From the IMG/VR virus record IMGVR_UViG_3300033402_000312: a stretch of DNA of 64,000 nucleotides. The stretch is one strand, 5' to 3'. This document shows positions 8,516 through 17,628 of the stretch, piece after piece. Position numbers and translations under genes: made by a program. The notes beneath the pieces are model-generated. The model ran no database searches. It was not told the DNA's origin and saw only the letters and a list, made by a program, of their open reading frames with translations. Within the stretch, counting starts at the first letter, position 1. The number at the start of each line of letters is the position of its first letter. Source of the DNA: a virus.

Positions 8516-8737
8516 TTAGCTTGTGTTCCTCTTGGTGCTGGCTTTATCCGTCTCGCTCTTTGCGCCCTCGGCGAACGAGGCCTTTTGAGCCAGCTTCAGG
8601 AACTGGTCAAAACGGGAATTGATGGACAAATGTATGTTCTCAATCTGATTCCTCACCATCCAACCGAGGGTGAAGGTCAAAAAGGCAGGGACAGCCGTGA
8701 TGCAAGCAGCAACAATCAACACTTGGTTGTTGGTCAT
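8516..8737 (-). CDS. small membrane protein (73 aa, one predicted TM helix)
   Basis: Hydrophobic stretch VLIVAACITAVPAFLTFTLGWMV followed by a polar, charged tail. Holin-like size class, but the function is not supported by any motif. Confidence 0.4.
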   Translation of the reverse strand: MTNNQVLIVAACITAVPAFLTFTLGWMVRNQIENIHLSINSRFDQFLKLAQKASFAEGAKSETDKASTKRNTS

Positions 8738-8802
8738 AATAAGGAGGGGGGAATTAGTTTTTTGGCGGGTTCACAACCGAGTCGGATTGGAATAATAGGG
8801 AA

Positions 8803-10932
8803 TTACCTTCTCCCTCTCCTATTCCAAGGGCTTACGGGGTTAGTTCCCATGTAAGAAGCTGCATGTTGTTGGGATTTCTTGAGCTTTTCCATGATCTTCA
8901 GGACTTGCATGGGGATGCCGTCCATGCCGAGCAGCGGGGCCGGGGGGCGCATCATCTGCGCCTGCATGAGCAGGCTGAGACCGGAGGGGTCCATCATCTG
9001 CCCCTGCTCCAACAGCCAGCGCTGGGCAAGGAAGGCGCACAGCATGGCAGCGTCCGCCATGTCGTCATGAGCGCCCTTTTCCTGCGGCGCTGCGACGCGA
9101 ATGCGGTACTTCGCCATAACCTCAAGCTCGACGAGCTTCAGTTCCTGGATGAACTTCGGCACGTAAGGGAAGCGGCAGCGCTCGGACTCGATGTAGCCGC
9201 GCAGGGCGTATGCCATCTGCGAGTTGATCGCGGGCGTCAGGTTGACAAGCTCGAAGTTCCTGATCTTCTTCAGTTCAAGTGTCTGTACAAGCTGCTGGCC
9301 TCCATGCTGGTCGGTCGCCCCCTTGAAGCATGGAAGAATCTTGTTCATCTCCTCCATCCAGTCGAGGATGTCTTCCAGCGGAAGAATCTGATAACCCTCG
9401 TATTTGTTTTGCCCGATCCCCACCTTTACGCCCGGCCATTCGCCCTTCTCGCCGACCATCATCCGGTCGATATAGTCGTAGATCAGCTTGATCGTGCCGT
9501 GCGGACCGCCTGGCTCAAGGTGCCCAATGGCGAGCGCGGATGCGTCGTTCGTCATGCCGAGGTCGAAGCCCCAGAAATAGTTCCTGCCGATCTGCATCGG
9601 AGTGAAGCGCTGGATGTTGATGCGTGCGCTTCCCTCGACAGGCAACCCCCTCTCGTCCCACTTGCAGTCCGTGCATTTCTTCACCGATGCCTCAGTCACA
9701 TAGGATTCGGACGACTCTAGGAACTTGCCGCCATATTCGGCCTTGAATGTAAGCGGGTTCTTCTTGTACTCAGATTTGAGGAACTTCGCCAGCAGCTTCG
9801 GGTTCATCTCGGCGCTTGGGCAATTAAGCGTGAAGATGCCGGAAACGATAGGTCCCTCTTCCAACGCCATCTTGTGAAGCTCGTACATCTTGCCGATCTT
9901 CTTGAGCGGGCTGCTGATGCTCAGAATCATGGAGTCCTGAATGCCCTCGTTCTCGTCCTCGAACTCAAGACCCGGCTCGGTTTCCTCGAAACGCACATTG
10001 GAGTCCGTGCCGAAATCCGTGCCCATCGGCTCTTCCGGCAAGGTGCCAGCCGCGACGAGCTTCTCGTGGTGGAAGTCTGCCGTGGACGGCGTAGCCGCCG
10101 CGTACATGTCGTCCGACGTCGATCCTTTCGCGGAGCGGAAGTGTGCAAACTCGTCGAGCGCAAGGAAGATGGATGAAGGCGAACGCACGGCGTTCGTGGT
10201 GCATGGAAGGCAGCTTACTGTGACCGTGGGCGTGGACTCCTGCTTCTCGCGGTCGGCGAGCGTGACGAATGCCAAGTCCTTTGCATTAGTATCCTTCAGG
10301 TACGGGGCAAAAAAGCTTTCAGCCTTGAGCACCTGCTCGCGCAGCTTCTTGAACAGGCGGTGAGCGCCGTTCTCATCCTGCGCAAGAAACGTGAAGTCAA
10401 TGATGGAGCCGGGAAACAAACCGAAGTGCTCCTGCGGAGACCTGATATTTAATAGCAAGTAAAGCTTGTAGCAGGCCACAGCCGCCACTAGCTCCGACTT
10501 GCCTCCTCTCCGCCCGGCGAAAACGCACGCCTCATTGAAGCCCGCCTCGCCGGGGATGCCGCCCATGTTCGGGATGTCGCGCCAGTCGGAAACGTTGCAG
10601 CGCTGCTCGTTAAACGTAATGCGGAGGTACTCCTCCTCGGTCACGTCCGCGTGCAGTTTCTTCTCGCGGAACACGTCGTACATCGGCACCATGCCCCATC
10701 CGGGGATGCGCGACGTCCATTCTGGCTTGTAGTCGAAGGGAACGCCATAGATCGCCTTGACAATAACGCGCTGCACCGGACGCAGCACGATGCCTATGCC
10801 GCCCGGTCCCTCGATAAATTCGATGGCGTTTTGCAGCTTGCTCGGGTCTTCGATGCTCGCGGCAATGGCTGCGCCGAAGACGGAATCCTTGGCGGCCTTG
10901 CCGAAACGCTTGCTTCTGCGGATGTTAGCCAT
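8803..10932 (-). CDS. terL: terminase large subunit (709 aa)
   Basis: Walker A-like FAGRRGGKSELVAAVACYKL, then FLALDEFAHF (Walker B/DE), then a nuclease-like C-terminal half with acidic residues. The size and position are typical for TerL. Confidence 0.85.
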   Translation of the reverse strand: MANIRRSKRFGKAAKDSVFGAAIAASIEDPSKLQNAIEFIEGPGGIGIVLRPVQRVIVKAIYGVPFDYKPEWTSRIPGWGMVPMYDVFREKKLHADVTEEEYLRITFNEQRCNVSDWRDIPNMGGIPGEAGFNEACVFAGRRGGKSELVAAVACYKLYLLLNIRSPQEHFGLFPGSIIDFTFLAQDENGAHRLFKKLREQVLKAESFFAPYLKDTNAKDLAFVTLADREKQESTPTVTVSCLPCTTNAVRSPSSIFLALDEFAHFRSAKGSTSDDMYAAATPSTADFHHEKLVAAGTLPEEPMGTDFGTDSNVRFEETEPGLEFEDENEGIQDSMILSISSPLKKIGKMYELHKMALEEGPIVSGIFTLNCPSAEMNPKLLAKFLKSEYKKNPLTFKAEYGGKFLESSESYVTEASVKKCTDCKWDERGLPVEGSARINIQRFTPMQIGRNYFWGFDLGMTNDASALAIGHLEPGGPHGTIKLIYDYIDRMMVGEKGEWPGVKVGIGQNKYEGYQILPLEDILDWMEEMNKILPCFKGATDQHGGQQLVQTLELKKIRNFELVNLTPAINSQMAYALRGYIESERCRFPYVPKFIQELKLVELEVMAKYRIRVAAPQEKGAHDDMADAAMLCAFLAQRWLLEQGQMMDPSGLSLLMQAQMMRPPAPLLGMDGIPMQVLKIMEKLKKSQQHAASYMGTNPVSPWNRRGRR

Positions 10933-11330
10933 ACCTATTAAAAGGGCTGAAAAGCTGGGGTATTCTGTCTACAAAGAGAGGTATTTGGGGGGAGCCGGTG
11001 CGTAGATTCCCGGCTCTCCCATCGACCCGCCATGCGGTAGAGGTGCCTTATGGCGAAGCCCATACACCATTGCGGTCACTGGATCAGCCCTGCAAACCAG
11101 TCGAGGTTATCGGGATTATGCAACGGCACCTATCACAAAGCTCAGTTATTACGCCGTCTTCAACGGGAACCACCCGTGAGGTGTGTGATTTCCCCTTTGC
11201 CCCTCTGCCACCGCTCCGGCTTTCGCTTTCACGGACAGCAACCTAACACGCCTTTTCGCCTTGCGGCACGGCTAAGTCGGTCAACCGTTTAGTCAGAGTT
11301 TTTCTGACCGCAATTTTTTAGAACGCTGCG

Positions 11331-11702
11331 TTAACGCCCGTTCCCCAGATTCTTTAATACTGAAGCGACATGCAATTGCGCATCGGCAAACTCTTGGTCC
11401 CAGTTCGCCTCGCGCACCACCGCCTGCTTGCGCCCAAAATTGTCGGCTCGGCGCAGCATGCTGCCGGTGCGGGTCTGCGGCGCGATGCCCGGCTCCTCCT
11501 CGTCAAACACGGCTTGGAAAGACATCGGGTCTTCGAGCCAAAGCTCCACGACTGCTTCCTCCTCCTCGGAACTGGCGGCAGACTCAAGCTCGCGGTCGCA
11601 CTCGTCCACTACTTCCTGCCAGTGGCGGAACTCGACGGGATGCCCGTCAGCGATAGCTCCCATCTTGACGAAGCCGGAGCCTGTGATGCGGACGACCCTC
11701 AT
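11331..11702 (-). CDS. acidic hypothetical protein (123 aa)
   Basis: The ATG overlaps the TGA of the upstream gene (ATGA). Glu/Asp-rich. Confidence 0.45.
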   Translation of the reverse strand: MRVVRITGSGFVKMGAIADGHPVEFRHWQEVVDECDRELESAASSEEEEAVVELWLEDPMSFQAVFDEEEPGIAPQTRTGSMLRRADNFGRKQAVVREANWDQEFADAQLHVASVLKNLGNGR

Positions 11703-11989
11703 ACGCGATCCTGAAGCTCCCTGATGACCTCTTCGAGCGTGAACTGCGCCTTGTAAGGCATCTCGGATTGGATTTTATGTGCCTCCGCATTGATCTCCCG
11801 GATGACGGAGACGACGATCTTGTCCACAAGCGGCTTGAACTCAGGGTAGCGCTTCAAGCCCATCAACGGGGGTTCGTGCTCGATTGCACCGATGCCCAGA
11901 CCCCCTGTCGGTATGGATTTCGTGTGGCGTGCGATCTCCTTCTCAGCCACCTTGGCGATGAACGCCGCTCGGATTTTCAGGTCTGCCAT
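11699..11989 (-). CDS. hypothetical protein (96 aa)
   Basis: ATG preceded by AAAGGAAAA. Translationally coupled to the downstream gene. Confidence 0.45.
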   Translation of the reverse strand: MADLKIRAAFIAKVAEKEIARHTKSIPTGGLGIGAIEHEPPLMGLKRYPEFKPLVDKIVVSVIREINAEAHKIQSEMPYKAQFTLEEVIRELQDRV

Positions 11990-12000
11990 GTTGTTTTCCT

Positions 12001-12822
12001 TTATGCGACACCTGCGACTGTTGCTTTTGCCCGCACGATTCCGGTGAGGGGCTGTTTCATAATTCGTTCAGCGATTTTGAACTTTCTGGGCAACGCAATG
12101 ACACAGTCTTTGTAAAGTAGTGCAGTAGCATTACGAGCGCGGTCGCCACAAAGTAAAACATCATGTATGGAACCATGCGGTCCCACTTGCCCATAAATGT
12201 TGTTATCAGCGAGAAAATTCACGAATGTTGTGCATGACGCGAGCGATCCGCAAAGTTCCATGACTGCTGTGTTTTTAGATGTGGCTGGATAGCCGTCCCC
12301 GTCAACCATGCCCCGCCAAAAATGCCTACTGTTAACAACCTCGGCGGAGGGGGCGGCTGTAAAAGACTTGCGTTCAGTTATACCTAGTTCCCTGAGGCGG
12401 CGATACAGCTTATCGGAAAGAAGTTGAACTGTATTACATCCAGCCCTTGTTGGAGAAATTGGATACGAAGACTTCAAGAAATCCAAAAATAATCTAAGGT
12501 GCTTTTTATCCTTCTTCGCCAATTTCAGCCTTATTCTGGCCGCTGCGTTATGTTTGCGGTTTCCTTCAACAGTTCCGTCCGCTAGCAAAAATCCGATCCA
12601 ATAAAGCGCCTCTTCGCCTAGAGGCGCATCAAATGCGGTTTCATTGACGGAATACTTCCTGAAAGCTTCTGAGCGACTTCTGACAGCACCATCACCTTCT
12701 ACCCTGACGATCTTCAGAATTGTGGCGCGGCAAAGACGGTAAGCCTTTTGCAAATCAACGGAGCTTTCTCCAGATTTGTACCGTGTTAAAATTTCCTTGC
12801 GAGTTTTATCCATGATCTTCAT
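12001..12822 (-). CDS. LAGLIDADG-family homing endonuclease (double-motif, ~273 aa)
   Basis: Two LAGLIDADG-type motifs, LYWIGFLLADGTVEG and FWRGMVDGDGYPA, preceded by an N-terminal HTH-like segment. The ATG at 12822 lies 17 nt after the stop of the 1591-aa gene. Confidence 0.8.
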   Translation of the reverse strand: MKIMDKTRKEILTRYKSGESSVDLQKAYRLCRATILKIVRVEGDGAVRSRSEAFRKYSVNETAFDAPLGEEALYWIGFLLADGTVEGNRKHNAAARIRLKLAKKDKKHLRLFLDFLKSSYPISPTRAGCNTVQLLSDKLYRRLRELGITERKSFTAAPSAEVVNSRHFWRGMVDGDGYPATSKNTAVMELCGSLASCTTFVNFLADNNIYGQVGPHGSIHDVLLCGDRARNATALLYKDCVIALPRKFKIAERIMKQPLTGIVRAKATVAGVA

Positions 12823-12838
12823 AAATCTCAGATACCAC

Positions 12839-15800
12839 TTACTCACGAGTGCCACAAACAAAACGGTATTTCATGATGAGGCTGTCAGTATCAATAGTCT
12901 CTGGGCGAACAAAAACCTCATAGACGAACCCACCGTTTGGGTCATCGTTCCAAACGGCTGCTTGCGCCCAACTAGAATTCAGAGCGCTCTTAATGTCCCC
13001 GTCGTTGAGTTTTTTCATCAACCACGCAACACGACCGCCTTTGCCGGTGACTCCTAATGGTTGTGTCTGTTGACCCTGCTCAATAATGTCAAGCTGAATT
13101 TCCCCTACGCCTGGAACTTTATCAAGCAATGGACGTTGTGTAATTTTGAAACTTGCTACGAAAGTTGCGGCTATTTCCCCGCATACCTTTTTCAAAAACT
13201 CGGAGAATTGCTTAACTTCGTCTCCCGCAGCGACTTTCTGAGAGGCGATGGCCATCGCGGCTCCCGGTATTCCCTCATACTGACCATAAAATTCATCAGT
13301 AAACATATACCCTCTAATATCGTTCTCCTTGCGGAGAGGCGCTCCTTCGAGAACCTCGGGCTTGCCGTCGCGCCCGATGCCCATTCCGCCCGCTGGCTTA
13401 GTGGACGAGTAGTCCGCCGCAGCCATCGCGAGAGGCTCGACTTCGCCTACGTCGGCAGGCAACTGGATCATCTCGATCACGTTGGTGTCGAGTGCCTCGT
13501 CAAGCATGCCCTCAAGCTCGTGGCTGTCGTCTCCGACGATCTCCGGGTTGCCTGCGCCGCTCATCGGCTGGTTGGTTGCGTTCGGGTAATCCACGATCTC
13601 ATGCTGGATTTCCGGGTAGAATTCCTTCACCACCTGTCCGGGGAAGAAGAAATTGAAGCCCGCTTCCTTTTCGACCTGCTCTTCTGTTTTTGCCATACCG
13701 TCTCCTGCTGTCTTGCCCGCGTCAATTTGCGCCATCGCATCCAAGAACCGTTTCTCTCCGCGACCGCTCTTCAAGGCGGCAATCGCGTCCCGAGCGTTCT
13801 GACCAAACATTTTCAGATTCTCGCGACCTTGGTTTCCGCGCAAAGGATTTTCGCGGGGCAAGTTAACGCCCGCGCCGCCGATAGGCTTGCCCTTATAATA
13901 GAGCATGTAGCCATCGGCATTTGCTTGGTAGGTTAAATCTTCCGCCGCTTTTTTAACGCCCACATTCACGACTTTGGAGAAATCTTTCTTTGTGCCGCGC
14001 CTGTAGCTTTCCCAGCAATCGGATGTGTCTGGGGCGTCGCACTTGATCTTCTTGAAGAGCGTCCAACTGCCTTTTGGCTCCCGGGCCCCCTCGGAGTCTT
14101 GCGTATCCTCGGTCACAAGCTCTATTTTGATTTTCCGATTCGTCGGATGAAAGAAAAACATGTACAATGAACCGTCCACGTTTTCTTGCTTCCAGCCGTT
14201 CGCCCTCAGCAGTTTCTTCATCTGCGTGATGAGCTTGCTATGCCCCCAGCCCTTCTGAGCGGCTTTCTTCACGCCCGTGCCCCCTGCCGTGTAGGCTTTC
14301 TCGTCCCAGCGCAGGCCGTACTGCGCGAGTATCTGCTCGGACTCTTCCCTGTCCGGGCCGCCCATGACGTTGACCATCGGGTCGGGCATCTTCATCGTCT
14401 GGACGGCGATCTGAAGCTGGTGCCATTCCGGCGTGCCCTTCTGCGGCATGCGCTTCACAGAGGTGACATGGATGGCTGCGTTCTTCAGCGAGGAAGAGAT
14501 GCCGACGCTTTTCATGAAGGCGCTGTCTTGGATGTCGGTCTCCCTGCGTTCGTAGTCCATGTTCGCCTTGGCAAGCTCGACCCAGTTCGGCTCTTCCCAC
14601 GGCTCGTTTCCCTCGAACCCGGATTCGCGCTTAAGCTCTTCGTATTGCTTCCTGAAAGTCTTCTTCAGTTGCTCGGCAAGCTGCTCCGGCGTCAAGCCCT
14701 CCTTGATGGCGCGGCGCACCATGTCCTGCTTGAGTTCGAACGTCTCCCTGCTCTCGTTGTCGAGCCACATGTCAAGCTGCCCGGTCTCCCAGTTCGACCA
14801 GTGCTCCTCGCTAATGCCTTGCGGGTCGTCGGCGGTTTTGCCCGAGCTTGCTGATGTTTTCATCGAGATGCATTCGTTGCACAGCCCACGGCCTTCCTCT
14901 AGCTCCGTGCCGGGCAGAAGCTCCTCGCCGCACTTGTAGCAAAACCGCTCAGGATGCTCCGATTCCCCGGATTGCTGCTGCAATTCCTCAAACTTTTTGC
15001 CGCGAGTACCCGCCCCCGCTTGGTCGTAGAATACGTAGGTGTCGCTTTCCGGCGCGTAATCCATCTGCAAGCCCAAGGCTTCCGCAGTGTCCATCATGAA
15101 CGTCGTAAGCTGCTGCTCGAAGGAATCCATGTAGCCTTGCGGGTTCCTCTTCTTCAAGTCCGCGAAGATGCCGTTGAGCCTGTCCGTGACCGCCTTGATC
15201 ACGTCGGTCTTGTTCTTCTCGCTGACGCGGCTCTCGATGGACAGCGCCCTCTTGCCGAAGGAGGCCTTCTTGGAGGCGCTCACGATCCTCTCGGTCTCCC
15301 AGTCGTCGAAACGCATCGCAGGCTTGCCATCCACTTGCCCGCGCACAGCCCAAGTGAAGTCTTGCCCGTTGTGCTCCGGGTCAATCGTCGGGTACTTCTT
15401 TTGAGCCTCGGCGAGGTTCGGGAAGACCTCGCGCCCCTTGCTGCGGGTCACGACCTCGACGGGCGAGTTCACATAGCTCCTCCATTCGACCCACGCTGCT
15501 GTCTTTGTCCTTACGGCAGTTTTGAGGTGCCAGCGCATCTGCTTGTGCTTGAGCAAGCCTTCCCTGAGGAGGTCCTGGAGCACAGGATAAGCCATGTTGG
15601 TGTACTTGCCGCCGCCGAGCGCTTTTTCGATTTCGTCCGTCGTCTTCGGGCCGTGGCCCAGGATTTCCAGCACAAGGTTGCGCTTCGCAGGATCGGCTGC
15701 CGCTGTCTTCTTCACGGGCGGTTTTTCGGGCGGAATCGGCGTTTCGCTCACGGCAGTATGGGAGTTCCACCCGCACGAGCAGGCGTAGGAGTCCTCGGGC

Positions 15801-17614
15801 TTGCCCTTCGATGTCATTTTCCCGCACCACGGGCACCTCATAGTCCAGTTGCTCGCGAACTTGCTGAACTTAGCGGATGCGCTCTTGATGAAGGCATGCG
15901 CTTCCTTGAAGGAGGAGAACGAAGCCTCGCGCCGGGTGCCGCGAAAGACGAACCCAACGTGGAACGATGGGCCCTCTAAGTCCGTGCCGCCGAAAGCCCC
16001 GGTGCCCATGCCCGATGTGACTTTGCCTTGGTTTTCGCCGCCGATTGGCTCAGCGCCCTGCTTGACTTCGGAGGCATCCCCGATCTCGCGCCATATCCCG
16101 CCGCTTTGATCGACCCAAACGTTTTCTGCTTGGTTGTAGTCGAACTCTTCGCTGTTTTCGCTGGCAGCGGCAAGCTCTCCAATGTCGTGGACTTGGACGC
16201 GCTTGCCTTGGCGTTCAAGGACACGGAGGTTGGCGGTCTTTGTTGACTCAGCGCCCTTTTTCTCCTTCGCGATCTCGGCCTCGACGACGGCTTGGGCGTC
16301 GGAAGTGGTGAGACCTTCCTCTTCCAGTTTCCTGACCCTCTCCGCGTAGTCGGGACTCGGGTCGTTCGGGTACTGTTGACCGCCGGTCCCGATGCCCAGC
16401 TTGTCCCGAATATCGACGAATTTCTGCTGGGGATTGATGGGTTTAAGGCTCGTCAGGAGCTTCACCAATTGATGGTAGTTTTCGTTTTCCAATTGGTCGA
16501 TGACGGCTTGGGAGATGCGCTTGAAGCCAGCAGTCTTCATCGCCGCAAGCATCGCCGCCTGGTAGCGTGCCTCCAGTTGCGGGTCCTCCATGATCTGGCC
16601 GCCGCTTTCGATGCCGAGCCTGTCCCAGACATCGTTCTCCAGCAGCATGAGCCTCTCGGCTTGGGAGACCGCCGTCTTGGAGCCGACGTTGATGATGATC
16701 TGGGTGCCTGGCTTCGCGGAGACCTCGGTTGCGCCAGCCGGGGCCTCGCCGTTGAGCTTGGCTTCCGTCTGCTCCACGGCACGCTCGACTTGCTCCTGCT
16801 TGACCTCGATGGGCTTGTGGACTTCCATTTCCGCCTGCGTCTCGATTGCCTCGCGGATCGCGTTCACGTTCTGGCGCTCCGGGGACTTGATTCCGCCGTC
16901 GGCCACAGGGACGCCGTTTTCCTCGTGCGTGTTCGCATGAAGCTCGTCGTTGGAGGCCCCCGCTTCCGGCCCGTCGATGTGGGCTTCGCCGTACGCGTTC
17001 TCTATCGGCTCCATCATCTTCGAAAGCTCTTGGTCGCTGTGGATCAGTTCGGCCGCCAGCTTGTAGGCTTCCGGGCTGTAGCCGTCGTCGGCGAACTTGA
17101 TCGTCACGCCTGTTTTCGTCGAGGCCGCCTTAAGCTTCGCCTCGTATGGCTGCTCTTTCGCGGGCAGCCCCAACGCTTCCAGGTGCTTGCACTTGCGGTG
17201 GCCGATCCAGCCGGGGCAGTTGCAGCCCCAATAGCGCCACTTCTTGTTCTGCGCGATGGTGTAAAGCCTGCCGGAAGACTCGGACTTGATGTAGAAGCGG
17301 TTCGTCCATTGCTTGTTGTCAGGCAGCAGTTGCCCCTCAAATCGTTGTCCGTTGATAACTATGGCTTGCGGGTTGTACTCGGGGTCGTCCGCAGGCTGCG
17401 GGGCTTTGCCCTCGGGTCGCGGCGCTTTCTTCTCGGATTGCTGGGACGGGACGGCGATGTTGAGGGGCTTCATGCCTGCCTCTTCGCGCATCTCGTTGAG
17501 GGCGTCGATCTCTTCCTGCTCGACCGGGTGCCCTTCGGTGAGCTTCCAAAGCAGCGTCTTCGTGAAGACGTTGACTGCGTTGGTTATGTCCGCGATTTTA
17601 TTCTGCTGGTTCAT
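12839..17614 (-). CDS. giant virion-module protein (1591 aa) with N-terminal SWIM-type zinc finger
   Basis: ATG preceded by AAGGGAG. SWIM CxCxnCxH: WGCNCPGWIGHRKCKHLEAL. Additional zinc ribbon CPWCGKMTSKGKPEDSYACSCG and a KYCYKCGEE...CNEC pair. Acidic overall. Confidence 0.7.
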   Translation of the reverse strand: MNQQNKIADITNAVNVFTKTLLWKLTEGHPVEQEEIDALNEMREEAGMKPLNIAVPSQQSEKKAPRPEGKAPQPADDPEYNPQAIVINGQRFEGQLLPDNKQWTNRFYIKSESSGRLYTIAQNKKWRYWGCNCPGWIGHRKCKHLEALGLPAKEQPYEAKLKAASTKTGVTIKFADDGYSPEAYKLAAELIHSDQELSKMMEPIENAYGEAHIDGPEAGASNDELHANTHEENGVPVADGGIKSPERQNVNAIREAIETQAEMEVHKPIEVKQEQVERAVEQTEAKLNGEAPAGATEVSAKPGTQIIINVGSKTAVSQAERLMLLENDVWDRLGIESGGQIMEDPQLEARYQAAMLAAMKTAGFKRISQAVIDQLENENYHQLVKLLTSLKPINPQQKFVDIRDKLGIGTGGQQYPNDPSPDYAERVRKLEEEGLTTSDAQAVVEAEIAKEKKGAESTKTANLRVLERQGKRVQVHDIGELAAASENSEEFDYNQAENVWVDQSGGIWREIGDASEVKQGAEPIGGENQGKVTSGMGTGAFGGTDLEGPSFHVGFVFRGTRREASFSSFKEAHAFIKSASAKFSKFASNWTMRCPWCGKMTSKGKPEDSYACSCGWNSHTAVSETPIPPEKPPVKKTAAADPAKRNLVLEILGHGPKTTDEIEKALGGGKYTNMAYPVLQDLLREGLLKHKQMRWHLKTAVRTKTAAWVEWRSYVNSPVEVVTRSKGREVFPNLAEAQKKYPTIDPEHNGQDFTWAVRGQVDGKPAMRFDDWETERIVSASKKASFGKRALSIESRVSEKNKTDVIKAVTDRLNGIFADLKKRNPQGYMDSFEQQLTTFMMDTAEALGLQMDYAPESDTYVFYDQAGAGTRGKKFEELQQQSGESEHPERFCYKCGEELLPGTELEEGRGLCNECISMKTSASSGKTADDPQGISEEHWSNWETGQLDMWLDNESRETFELKQDMVRRAIKEGLTPEQLAEQLKKTFRKQYEELKRESGFEGNEPWEEPNWVELAKANMDYERRETDIQDSAFMKSVGISSSLKNAAIHVTSVKRMPQKGTPEWHQLQIAVQTMKMPDPMVNVMGGPDREESEQILAQYGLRWDEKAYTAGGTGVKKAAQKGWGHSKLITQMKKLLRANGWKQENVDGSLYMFFFHPTNRKIKIELVTEDTQDSEGAREPKGSWTLFKKIKCDAPDTSDCWESYRRGTKKDFSKVVNVGVKKAAEDLTYQANADGYMLYYKGKPIGGAGVNLPRENPLRGNQGRENLKMFGQNARDAIAALKSGRGEKRFLDAMAQIDAGKTAGDGMAKTEEQVEKEAGFNFFFPGQVVKEFYPEIQHEIVDYPNATNQPMSGAGNPEIVGDDSHELEGMLDEALDTNVIEMIQLPADVGEVEPLAMAAADYSSTKPAGGMGIGRDGKPEVLEGAPLRKENDIRGYMFTDEFYGQYEGIPGAAMAIASQKVAAGDEVKQFSEFLKKVCGEIAATFVASFKITQRPLLDKVPGVGEIQLDIIEQGQQTQPLGVTGKGGRVAWLMKKLNDGDIKSALNSSWAQAAVWNDDPNGGFVYEVFVRPETIDTDSLIMKYRFVCGTRE

Positions 17615-17628
17615 GCCGCCTGGCTCCC

